Origin: Thermoplasmatota archaeon
Lineage (GTDB): Archaea > Thermoplasmatota > Penumbrarchaeia > JANQNL01
Direction: 5' to 3'
Length of the DNA stretch: 64,000 nt
Assembly (NCBI GenBank): GCA_028279585.1
Contig: JANQNL010000123.1
Coordinates: 2,808-66,807, forward strand
Part shown: piece by piece, positions 34,696 through 43,058 of the stretch
How the letters are laid out: the number at the start of each line of letters is the position of its first letter
Numbering within the stretch: the first letter of the stretch is position 1
The notes under the pieces: model-generated
Seen by the model: only the letters and a program-made list of their open reading frames with translations
What the model was told of the DNA's origin: nothing
Databases searched by the model: none
Translations under genes and position numbers: made by a program

Positions 34696-37600
34696 TTGTC
34701 CGACCAGGCCTTTGCTCCGAACTTTGTCAAGCTCTCTATGACCATACTTCTCACAGCTCTGTTCGTCATAATGGCGTTCAATGGTGCTGTGATGTCCTCG
34801 TTCGAGGGCCAGGGGGATGAGCCTCTGGGTCCCGAAGAGGTCCTTATGACCATGATCCCTCCATTGGAGACTAGGAGTTCCTCCACAGGGACCAGCATAA
34901 TCGCAGGTCTTGTAATCATCCAGGGAACCCAGGCCCCCATCTATGGCGTGAACGTGACCCTGACCAAGGACGGGTCAGATGTTGACGAGGACCAGACCGA
35001 CATGATGGGATACTACCAGTTCCTCAACCTCACAGCAGGCATATACACAGTCGCTGTGGAGAGGCCGTTCTATCTCCCTACAAGCGTTGATGTGACCGTA
35101 GGGGAGGATGATGTGGCAACGGCCATCATCAACATGACCTCCAACGGATCTGTTCCGACCACAATGGTCGAAGGAAAGGTCTTCGATACCTACACTGGAA
35201 CCCCACTGGTCGGAGCTGACGTGACCATCGGTGGAAGGACAGCAACCACCGGTACCGATGGATGGTATCGCATCTGGGGTCTTGTTCCGGGCGAGCATAA
35301 TGGTACCGCGGTCTACAACGGTGCTGGAGCTGGTGTCTACACCACGGACGTAAGGTCCGGCATCTCCCAGGCCATGGACTCCAAGACGCGTCAGGACTTC
35401 ATGGTAAGCCCTACCCCTGCGACGGTTACAGGGACCATCGAGCTTGATGGGGACTTCCCGTTCAGGGTCTACAGGATACCATTTGCTACCTTCGAAGCTG
35501 AAAGGCCAGAGATCCTATTGTGGGGTGAGACGGACTACGGTGGTGTTGGACCATACATCACTACCGTGAGCAAGTCTGGTGACTTCGAGTTCACAGGTCT
35601 TCCCCCAGCCAAGTATACCCTGATGTTCGACCACCCAACCTTCTACTCGTATGAGGAGAACTTCACGCTCATGCCTGGTCAGACCCACGATGTTGACATA
35701 GACCTGGAGATCGAATACGGCACTCTGGAGATCGATGTGTACACACCATTTGTCAACCAGAGGGTCCCTGTAAGGTACTGGTATCAGGACCACATCAAGA
35801 TGCAGGGCGAGTTCGGAAACTCCGGTGGTGGAGAGGTCTTCTACCTCAACTACACCAAGGACAATACCAAGATCCTTTACGACCAGGTCCCGCCTGGGAA
35901 CTACAGGATAGAGTTCCTCCACGGATACATGAACTTCCTGAACCTGGACGTTGTCGTCGAGGCTGGCCAGACCACCTATCGAAGTGTGGAGCTCATGCCC
36001 GATGCGTACTCTACCAACGTCACTTTCGATGTGATGAAGAACTACAATCCAGAGTCGGCAACTTACAGGACATTACCAATGACAGAAGGGACAGTTACCA
36101 TCGACTACGCATACATGGGCATCGGTATCTACAAGTGGAACCCTATCTACGACCTCAACGATACCAAGTACTTCCCGACCACGGTCTTCACGCCTGACGA
36201 GGATGGGATGGTTCGGTTCACCAACATGCCTATGGGTTACTACCTGATGCGCATCCAGATCCCAGGCATCGCAGATGTGGTGGAACATTGGAACTTTGGA
36301 GCCTATAGCCATGGTGATTGGGACTGGCTTGTGCAACCTAACCTTGTAACGTCGGTCCATGTTGATGTTAAGTTCGATTACTCGTTCATTGACCTGGTGC
36401 CATACACGGTAACCCTTCAGGGGACCGGTGGGACATATTCTGTGGACCTTCCGAACATGTTGAGCGAGGATACCCATGACATCTGGGAACCTGTGTTGTT
36501 CGAGGTTCCGAACGGTGCCTATACTTTGACCGTAGACCACCCGCATTACAACGAATTCACAGATTCTATCGTCTTGGGAGATCAGTACGGTCCTGGGAAG
36601 AAGGAGATAGTCTACCTCCAGGGAGCGAACCGGACCACGGTCACTGTCAACCTCGAGGTCGAGATAAAGATAAATGCAACAGCAAATGCGAAATACGCCT
36701 ACCAGGACGTAGTGGTGACAACGCAATATAGTGGTCCATCTCACCTTATCCAAGAGACCACCGATGACAACGGGACCTGTAGTTTCGATGTGCTTCCTGG
36801 TCTTATAAACATCCAGATAAATGGTAGGCAGCATTCTACTATCATTGGGTCATCTGGAGCAACCATTCCACTGCTTTGGGACAATATGTTCGTGAACAAA
36901 CGACAGGCCATCATCTGGGGCATCACCAAGGCTTCTGCAGAGGTCGGTGGAAGGCCCATGGAAGGTGCTGTAAGTGGAGCTACCGTTACCCTCTCTGGTG
37001 GAGGACGGACAAGGTCCACGACCTCTGACGATAACGGGTACTATGAGGTCCATCTGTCGAACGCATCATCGTTCACTTCCATCACCTTTGAGAAGGCTGG
37101 GCTTGTTGATTACATCTACCAGGGATCAGTACACACAGGTACGAACCTCGATGCACCTCTTTACACAGAGCCCTCTGTTCTTACAGTGACGGTCACCGAC
37201 CAGGAGGACTCCACCCCCATCAATGATTCTCATGTGTCCATGGGTCTTGGCAATCCTTGGATCGGCCATGGGGCATACGAGTCCAGAACCGGTCCTGACG
37301 GCACAGCCACCATCGGCGAGCTTCCGAAAGGCGACTTCACGTTCTTTGCCAACAAAGGAGGTTACTTCCCCCACCATCAGCCAGTGACCATGGCCTTTGC
37401 CCAGAACAAGAGCATCGCGGTGCAGCTGGAGAAGCTCCCGCCACCCGAGATATCATCGGTGGTCCCGGAATATACTGGTGGGACGTTCGTTGCCCACATC
37501 GACCTGGAGATGGACGTGACCGCAACGGTTGCTGCAGGCGACTCCCGTGATCCCCTGACGCACGTTCGATTCTTCATGGGCGACCAGATCGTTACTGTCC

Positions 37601-40600
37601 AGGGGACTGGCCCGACGTTCACGGCAACCTTCAACATGCACGACCTGGCCATCTATCCGGAGCAGCATACTCTGCGCGTCCTTGCCTACTCCACCTATGG
37701 TTCGATAACCGAATACACTCATTCACAGGTCTACACGGTCGTTGAGAGGCCGGATTGGCTCGTGTCGCTTGACAACATCATCCAGGATTACCAGGACTAT
37801 TCCATTGACACACCATTACTTTCAATGCGCATCTGGACAGAGACCGAGGTAGCACCTGATGCTTCCAACTACGTCATCTACAGGATGGAGATGGGCTACG
37901 AGTTTAAGGTCGAACTTGACCAGGTGGCCATTTTCCAGAACGTCCTTGGATGGTCTGATGGAGAGGATGTGGAGCATGGCCTGTCCTTCAGTATCGAGAT
38001 GTTTGTAAGCCTCTCATCGGCTGGCACAGTCACCGGAGGTGGAAGTGCAGAGTACGAGTTCGCACTACCCATGGGCGACCAGGAGGTTGGCATCGGTGGC
38101 AGAAAGCTTGCTGGAGAGGTCGGTCTGTCTGGAAGTGGTAACCTTGCCATCGAGGTCGATGTGGACCTGAACCTGGACAACAACAGAGGTGAACGGATAG
38201 AAGTCACAGAGATCAGAATAGAAGGTGGGATGGAGCTTTCGGCCTCGTTCACTATCACCCTTGAGGACCTCATCAACTGGATGGCCCGAGCGTTCGCCGC
38301 AAAGACGTTCGGTCTAAGCCTTGTCATAGGCAAGGTCCTGGCCTGGGTCATCGAGTGGGTGGCAGAACTTTCAGCGACAATTACTGTGGCCGGGGCCGTG
38401 GAGCTCGAGGTCACCATCGATGCCACACGTAACAGCACCATCTTCCCGGATGTCCCGTTCTCGTGGGAGTCGGGCAGTGGAACGCAAAGCATGACTCTGG
38501 GTGGGTCGGGTTCTGCAGATGTTGGTGGTGGATACATTGGCAGCATCGAGGCAGGCTTTACGATCACTGCTACTGTGGAACTCGGATTCCCAGATCCGTT
38601 CCTCCGTCAGATCTCGCTCACCGGTGAGGTCTATGTCGAGGGAAGCATCGCTTGGTGGGAGATCCCCGACGATGCAAGGACAGAATATACGTTCATCATC
38701 TACCAGGCCTCGGAGGGTACACGTGCCATGGTACCGGTCTATACCCGGGCCACACCGATGCCGATGTCAGGATTGGCAAGTACCGACAGACCTTGGCTGG
38801 ACACCCACAAGTTCGAGGGCAAGGATGGGATACTATATGCAGACACAGCACCATTCGCCTCTCCAGAACTTTCAGTAGCGCAGTCTGGTAAGGCCAAGGT
38901 CCTCATGGTGGAGGACTACAAGGCCGGTGAACTCCCCTTGAGCATGGGCATCAAGTCCACGACCTATGATGGAACAACGTGGTCTCCTGGGCCTTGGGTG
39001 GACTCCAGGAACTTCGGATGCTACAGCCCGACCTTCGCATACGATGAGAGTGGCGGCGGCATCGCGGTCTGGTGTCAGTTCACCGCTGAGGGACTCACGC
39101 CCGAGAGCCATCCGCTTATCGCTTCGAGCACCGTGGAGCTCTACGCTTCGGTGTATGATGGTACCAACTGGGCCACTCCGGTTCAGATAACTGACAACGA
39201 TGTACAGGAGCTTGGACCAAAGCTCGTGTATGATTCTGGAAGGTATGTCTTTGTGTGGAAGGAGGATCGGGACATGAACCCGTATACCTCCATCGACTCA
39301 CAGCTTCAGTGCGCTGTGTTCACTCCAGCCCTTGGATGGGGGAGGATGGATGCTCCAACCTCCGGAGAAGGTGTGGATGCATACGAGGTTGCTGCTCATG
39401 GTGGAGCGATCTCTCTTGCATTCCTTGATGAAGGCGAGCTCGGCTGGACCTCCTATGATGACGGGTGGAGCAGTGCGATATCTGTTGGAACTGGTGTGAC
39501 CAGCTTCGACCTCGCGACCAACGGCGGTGAGACCTATATCATCCACGTGAACGGACCCAACGGTGAGGGGAACATGAGCGTATCCTTCGTCCATGTCGAT
39601 GATGAGGGCAAGGGTGGTTCCATAGTGAACCTGGCTTCCCGCACCTCGGTCACAGACGTGAGCCTGGTCCTTGACGACGAGCTTGTACCTGTTGCCAGCT
39701 GGACAACCCATGAGGATGGGCAGACAAACATCGAGATGTCGAAGATGAGCGGCGTGGTCTGGTCCGACCCTGCGGTCGTTGGAACGATACCTGGGAAGGT
39801 TACAGGGTATGACGATGAGTTCGCAGCAGGCAACCACAACTATCTCGCCCTTGTACTTGATGAGGATAGGAACACAGAGGTTTGGGTTGATGTCCTGAAC
39901 GTCACCCTCAACCTTACCACCGACCCTGGGACCATCTCCGTCGATGACATCGAGGTCTCGGTCATCACTCTGAAAGCCGGCGAGCAGGTCACCATCACAT
40001 CCACCATCACAACAACGGCTTCCATACCTGTAGTGGTAGGCCTCTATGTCGACGATGTTCTTGTCGATGGTATTACGGTCACATCCAGTGGCGAGGTCCA
40101 GTTCGTCTGGTTCGCAGAGGCTGGAACCTTTGAGCTTAAGGTCGTTGCAGACATCAATGATGCTCTTTCCGACCCGAAGACCGATAACGAAAAGACCATG
40201 TCTGTGACCGTGGAAGCTTCAGAGACCGAACCTGTTTGGAGCCTGGAACCGAGCACATCCGACGGAGGAGATGGCGGTGGTGGGACGACAGATGGTGGTT
40301 CGACGGACGGCAATACTACGGATGGTAACGAGACCGAGGATGACAGCATAATGATGATAGTTATCGTCACCATCATCATCGTTGTTGGATTGATCATCGT
40401 TGGTGTGGTCGTGTTCCTCCTGATGAGGAAGAAGGAGGACGAACCTGCAGAGGATGAACCTGAAGAGGACATCGAAGAGGAGGAGGAAGATCTGGATGAG
40501 GAGGAGGAACCTTTGGAGGATGAGGAGCCTGACGAAGAGGACCAGGATGAGGATGACGATGAAGAGCTGGATGAGGAAGAAGGATCCACTGAAGATGATC

Positions 40601-40875
40601 CTATCGAACCTGACTGTTCTTCGGACCTTTCAGCTAGTGAGCTTCAAGGGGTCGACCCAGACGACCCACTGGAGCTAGAGAGCGGCCCCCTAGGCGACGT
40701 CGATAACCCACTCTATGGAATAGATGAAGAAGAGGAGGATGTTCTTGGACTCAATGAAGGGAAGGAAGAAGAACCTGAAGAGGATGAAAAACCCAGGAAA
40801 GGTTCTAAGAAGGGAAAGAAAGGTTCCAAGAAGGGTTCAAAGAAGAAAAGCTCGAAGAAAGGAAAGAAGAAGTGA
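34696..40875 (+). CDS. Giant surface protein (2059 aa) with CarboxypepD_reg-like beta-sandwich repeats, a BNR/Asp-box sialidase-like region, a C-terminal TM, and a polyacidic then polylysine tail
   Basis: GGGGTG lies 5 nt upstream of TTG 34696. An alternative start is ATG 34738 (MTILLTALFVIMAF). Repeats of the type V.G.V.D..T..P..GA.VT......T.TD..G.Y....L..G.Y. Asp-box-like TTYDGTTWSPG, SVYDGTNWATP, SYDDGWSSA. TM IMMIVIVTIIIVVGLIIVGVVVFLLM. The tail has EDEPEEDIEEEEEDLDEEEE..., DNPLYG, and ...KGSKKGKKGSKKGSKKKSSKKGKKK. Confidence 0.85.
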   Translation: MSDQAFAPNFVKLSMTILLTALFVIMAFNGAVMSSFEGQGDEPLGPEEVLMTMIPPLETRSSSTGTSIIAGLVIIQGTQAPIYGVNVTLTKDGSDVDEDQTDMMGYYQFLNLTAGIYTVAVERPFYLPTSVDVTVGEDDVATAIINMTSNGSVPTTMVEGKVFDTYTGTPLVGADVTIGGRTATTGTDGWYRIWGLVPGEHNGTAVYNGAGAGVYTTDVRSGISQAMDSKTRQDFMVSPTPATVTGTIELDGDFPFRVYRIPFATFEAERPEILLWGETDYGGVGPYITTVSKSGDFEFTGLPPAKYTLMFDHPTFYSYEENFTLMPGQTHDVDIDLEIEYGTLEIDVYTPFVNQRVPVRYWYQDHIKMQGEFGNSGGGEVFYLNYTKDNTKILYDQVPPGNYRIEFLHGYMNFLNLDVVVEAGQTTYRSVELMPDAYSTNVTFDVMKNYNPESATYRTLPMTEGTVTIDYAYMGIGIYKWNPIYDLNDTKYFPTTVFTPDEDGMVRFTNMPMGYYLMRIQIPGIADVVEHWNFGAYSHGDWDWLVQPNLVTSVHVDVKFDYSFIDLVPYTVTLQGTGGTYSVDLPNMLSEDTHDIWEPVLFEVPNGAYTLTVDHPHYNEFTDSIVLGDQYGPGKKEIVYLQGANRTTVTVNLEVEIKINATANAKYAYQDVVVTTQYSGPSHLIQETTDDNGTCSFDVLPGLINIQINGRQHSTIIGSSGATIPLLWDNMFVNKRQAIIWGITKASAEVGGRPMEGAVSGATVTLSGGGRTRSTTSDDNGYYEVHLSNASSFTSITFEKAGLVDYIYQGSVHTGTNLDAPLYTEPSVLTVTVTDQEDSTPINDSHVSMGLGNPWIGHGAYESRTGPDGTATIGELPKGDFTFFANKGGYFPHHQPVTMAFAQNKSIAVQLEKLPPPEISSVVPEYTGGTFVAHIDLEMDVTATVAAGDSRDPLTHVRFFMGDQIVTVQGTGPTFTATFNMHDLAIYPEQHTLRVLAYSTYGSITEYTHSQVYTVVERPDWLVSLDNIIQDYQDYSIDTPLLSMRIWTETEVAPDASNYVIYRMEMGYEFKVELDQVAIFQNVLGWSDGEDVEHGLSFSIEMFVSLSSAGTVTGGGSAEYEFALPMGDQEVGIGGRKLAGEVGLSGSGNLAIEVDVDLNLDNNRGERIEVTEIRIEGGMELSASFTITLEDLINWMARAFAAKTFGLSLVIGKVLAWVIEWVAELSATITVAGAVELEVTIDATRNSTIFPDVPFSWESGSGTQSMTLGGSGSADVGGGYIGSIEAGFTITATVELGFPDPFLRQISLTGEVYVEGSIAWWEIPDDARTEYTFIIYQASEGTRAMVPVYTRATPMPMSGLASTDRPWLDTHKFEGKDGILYADTAPFASPELSVAQSGKAKVLMVEDYKAGELPLSMGIKSTTYDGTTWSPGPWVDSRNFGCYSPTFAYDESGGGIAVWCQFTAEGLTPESHPLIASSTVELYASVYDGTNWATPVQITDNDVQELGPKLVYDSGRYVFVWKEDRDMNPYTSIDSQLQCAVFTPALGWGRMDAPTSGEGVDAYEVAAHGGAISLAFLDEGELGWTSYDDGWSSAISVGTGVTSFDLATNGGETYIIHVNGPNGEGNMSVSFVHVDDEGKGGSIVNLASRTSVTDVSLVLDDELVPVASWTTHEDGQTNIEMSKMSGVVWSDPAVVGTIPGKVTGYDDEFAAGNHNYLALVLDEDRNTEVWVDVLNVTLNLTTDPGTISVDDIEVSVITLKAGEQVTITSTITTTASIPVVVGLYVDDVLVDGITVTSSGEVQFVWFAEAGTFELKVVADINDALSDPKTDNEKTMSVTVEASETEPVWSLEPSTSDGGDGGGGTTDGGSTDGNTTDGNETEDDSIMMIVIVTIIIVVGLIIVGVVVFLLMRKKEDEPAEDEPEEDIEEEEEDLDEEEEPLEDEEPDEEDQDEDDDEELDEEEGSTEDDPIEPDCSSDLSASELQGVDPDDPLELESGPLGDVDNPLYGIDEEEEDVLGLNEGKEEEPEEDEKPRKGSKKGKKGSKKGSKKKSSKKGKKK

Positions 40876-41997
40876 TCAGAGCCTTTCCTTTGCTATCTCG
40901 CAGTACTTCTCGGACACGTCGATACCGAGATACTTCCGGCCCAGTCGCTTTGCCACTGCAGTCGTGGTACCAGCACCGTTGAAGGGATCCAGCACAAGGT
41001 CCCCCTGGTAACTGAACAGCTTCAGTGTCCTCTCCACAAGCCCCTCAGGGAACATTGCCGGGTGCCCATACTTGCTCATGTTCCTTTCTGGTGCGATGTC
41101 CCACTTCCCATAGACCCACTTTTTGAACTCGTCGCCGGTGATATCTATATTGTCGGAGTCGCCCTTCTTCTTGAGCTCTCCCTTGCAAAAGATCTCCAGG
41201 AACTCCCACGAGTACTTCATGTAAGGGTTGGACGGGCTCTTCCAGCTTCCCCACGCAGTGTACTTGCAGCTGTAGTTGTGCTTCTCCCAAAGGACCTCTC
41301 CGCGCCAGATGAGCTTGCGCTTCATGAAGTGGTCTGAGATGATGTGATGGATAGGGATGTAGTCGGAGAACAAGGGTTGGACGTTTATGGCCAGCCTTCC
41401 ACCGTACTTGGTGACCCGGATGCATTCATCGAAGATCGCGAAAAGAGTGTCGAAGTAGCTGTCCCAGTCCATGTGGTCCGTGGTGGAGTCGTAGTCCAGG
41501 CCGAAGTTGTATGGTGGGGAGGTGATGACGATGTCCACGCAGTTGTCTGGTAAGCCTTTCAAGACCTCAAGGGAGTCTCCGCAAACGATGGAATCCACGA
41601 TCTCTTTTGGAGCCTCGTTGTTGGTCTTAAAGAACCCATGGTCCTGGGCGTAGTAATACATCCCACGCATGGCAACCTTGTCCTTGCGGCTTGCGACCTT
41701 CCTTTCCCGGTCGTAACCGACAAAGACCATCTTCCCCCCCTTCACACCATAGCTCTTGATGGACCGGATGCCTTCCAGGCCCTTTCGCAGAGGGGAATCC
41801 TCGGCAAGGTCCGAGATAACGCTTTCGAAGAGTTTCGTGTCCAGGGTGTTGAGGTAGATGAGGAGTGAACCGCCAGCATCCTCAAGGTACAGTTCCTCTT
41901 TGGGAACCTTTTGGTTCAAGCTCTGGATAGCAGCTTCGTCTAACTCGTCCAGAGGTCGTTCGAGGGGTACCTCGATGATCCTGTACTCCGTGTCCAC
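40876..41997 (-). CDS. DNA methyltransferase, beta-class (motif IV before motif I) with an SPPY catalytic motif (N4-cytosine or N6-adenine) and an N-terminal extension of about 130 aa
   Basis: DIVITSPPYNFGLDYD (motif IV) followed near the C-terminus by LVLDPFNGAGTTTAVAKRLGRKYLGIDVSEKY (motif I/AdoMet). No restriction endonuclease candidate lies adjacent. Confidence 0.85.
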   Translation of the reverse strand: MDTEYRIIEVPLERPLDELDEAAIQSLNQKVPKEELYLEDAGGSLLIYLNTLDTKLFESVISDLAEDSPLRKGLEGIRSIKSYGVKGGKMVFVGYDRERKVASRKDKVAMRGMYYYAQDHGFFKTNNEAPKEIVDSIVCGDSLEVLKGLPDNCVDIVITSPPYNFGLDYDSTTDHMDWDSYFDTLFAIFDECIRVTKYGGRLAINVQPLFSDYIPIHHIISDHFMKRKLIWRGEVLWEKHNYSCKYTAWGSWKSPSNPYMKYSWEFLEIFCKGELKKKGDSDNIDITGDEFKKWVYGKWDIAPERNMSKYGHPAMFPEGLVERTLKLFSYQGDLVLDPFNGAGTTTAVAKRLGRKYLGIDVSEKYCEIAKERL

Positions 41998-42028
41998 GAG
42001 GGTCCAAGGACCTGAAGTCTAATGAACA

Positions 42029-42262
42029 TTAAGGTAGGTCGAGCTCGTCCCGGGGTCTTTTTCGAGGTGGTTCCTCTCCACGAAGATCACTGACCTTGGT
42101 CGAAAGTTCTTCCTTGTGGTCCAAAAAACGTGCAAGGAGCGGAGTGTTGGACTCCTTCTTGCGTTTTATCAGCCGGTTCTCATCCATGAGGACACACCTT
42201 GAGATGAGGCCATATCCCCCCCGAAGACCCGGGTGCCGGGAAATCAAAAATCCTGATGACAT
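42029..42262 (-). CDS. Small basic hypothetical ORF upstream of, and co-oriented with, the methyltransferase
   Basis: 77-aa ORF, or 52 aa from MDENRLIKRKKESNTPLLARFLDHKEEL.... It ends 31 nt before the MTase start. There is no motif support, so it could be spurious. Confidence 0.3.
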   Translation of the reverse strand: MSSGFLISRHPGLRGGYGLISRCVLMDENRLIKRKKESNTPLLARFLDHKEELSTKVSDLRGEEPPRKRPRDELDLP

Positions 42263-42332
42263 CGATCCAAGCCATCGGAGATGGTCATCAAGAGGGTAGA
42301 TACGAGCGAGGGTATTGATAGGATTGCTGGAA

Positions 42333-42560
42333 CATGCGTGTCCAAGTAATCCCTTGTAAAGGGCAAAGGTTCATAAAGAGATTATGAACCTTTGCCGGAG
42401 AACCTATGGTTCTCCGGCTTATTTGGACACGCATGAAGCAAATCCGTAAGCTTGGGTGAAGCTTATCGGAGACCCGCGTCCATGATAGCCTAGCGGGGGG
42501 GAGGCCGTGGAGCGCTAACCTTAACAGTAAGACTGTTCGCTTCGGTCAGCAAAGGGAGAG
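42333..42560. ncRNA. Candidate structured non-coding RNA (class unknown): a multi-branch structure closed by a 13-bp helix, followed by further hairpins
   Basis: CATGCGTGTCCAA (42333-42345) pairs with TTGGACACGCATG (42423-42435). This helix encloses CAAAGGTTCATAA/TTATGAACCTTTG (42364-42376/42382-42394) and CCGGAGAACC/GGTTCTCCGG (42395-42404/42409-42418). Downstream lie TAAGCTT/AAGCTTA and AACAGT/ACTGTT hairpins. The 13-mer at 42536-42548 is the reverse complement of 28980-28992. Confidence 0.3.
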
Positions 42561-42687
42561 CGTCATTCATAAAATATATACTTTATTCATAGAAAACGCC
42601 CAATTTTTCCCAAAGTAATTTCCAAATGTATATTGCTGTGGCCAGGGGATATAAAATCTACAGCAGACACCCTATAGCTGTGGTTAC

Positions 42688-43047
42688 TTAGTCCTTTCCT
42701 TCTACCAATTTGTCAATGGACTGCATAAGGTCTGAGAACTCGAACGGTTTTTCGATGAACAGCATCGCACCGGAGTCCACAGAGGAGTGCCTTACGGACA
42801 CGTCCGCGCTGACAAAGATGATGATGAGGTCAGGATAATGCTTGAGCAGGATCTGTGTGGTCTGTATCCCGTTCAGAGCGGGCATCCTGTGGTCCATTAT
42901 GACCACCTGAGGCTTTTCCTTCAAGGTCTCGAAGATCTTGATAGCCTCGTCTCCGTCGTAAGCCTTACCAACCACTGTGTGGCCGTAGCGAGCAAAGATC
43001 TTTTCGTAGATTATGTGGATCGATGGCTCGTCGTCGATTATGAACAC
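42688..43047 (-). CDS. Single-domain response regulator (CheY-like receiver)
   Basis: IIDDEPS acidic pocket, phospho-acceptor context VVIMDHRMPALNG, then IIFVSAD and FIEKPF (conserved Lys). Confidence 0.85.
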   Translation of the reverse strand: MFIIDDEPSIHIIYEKIFARYGHTVVGKAYDGDEAIKIFETLKEKPQVVIMDHRMPALNGIQTTQILLKHYPDLIIIFVSADVSVRHSSVDSGAMLFIEKPFEFSDLMQSIDKLVEGKD

Positions 43048-43058
43048 TGTTGCTATGT

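Noticed and set aside
36073-38567. Long antisense ORFs inside the 2059-aa gene (36073..36834, 253 aa; 37896..38567, 223 aa)
   Set aside because: They lie entirely within a continuous 6.2-kb ORF that has recognisable repeats. They have no motifs and are best explained as frame shadows.
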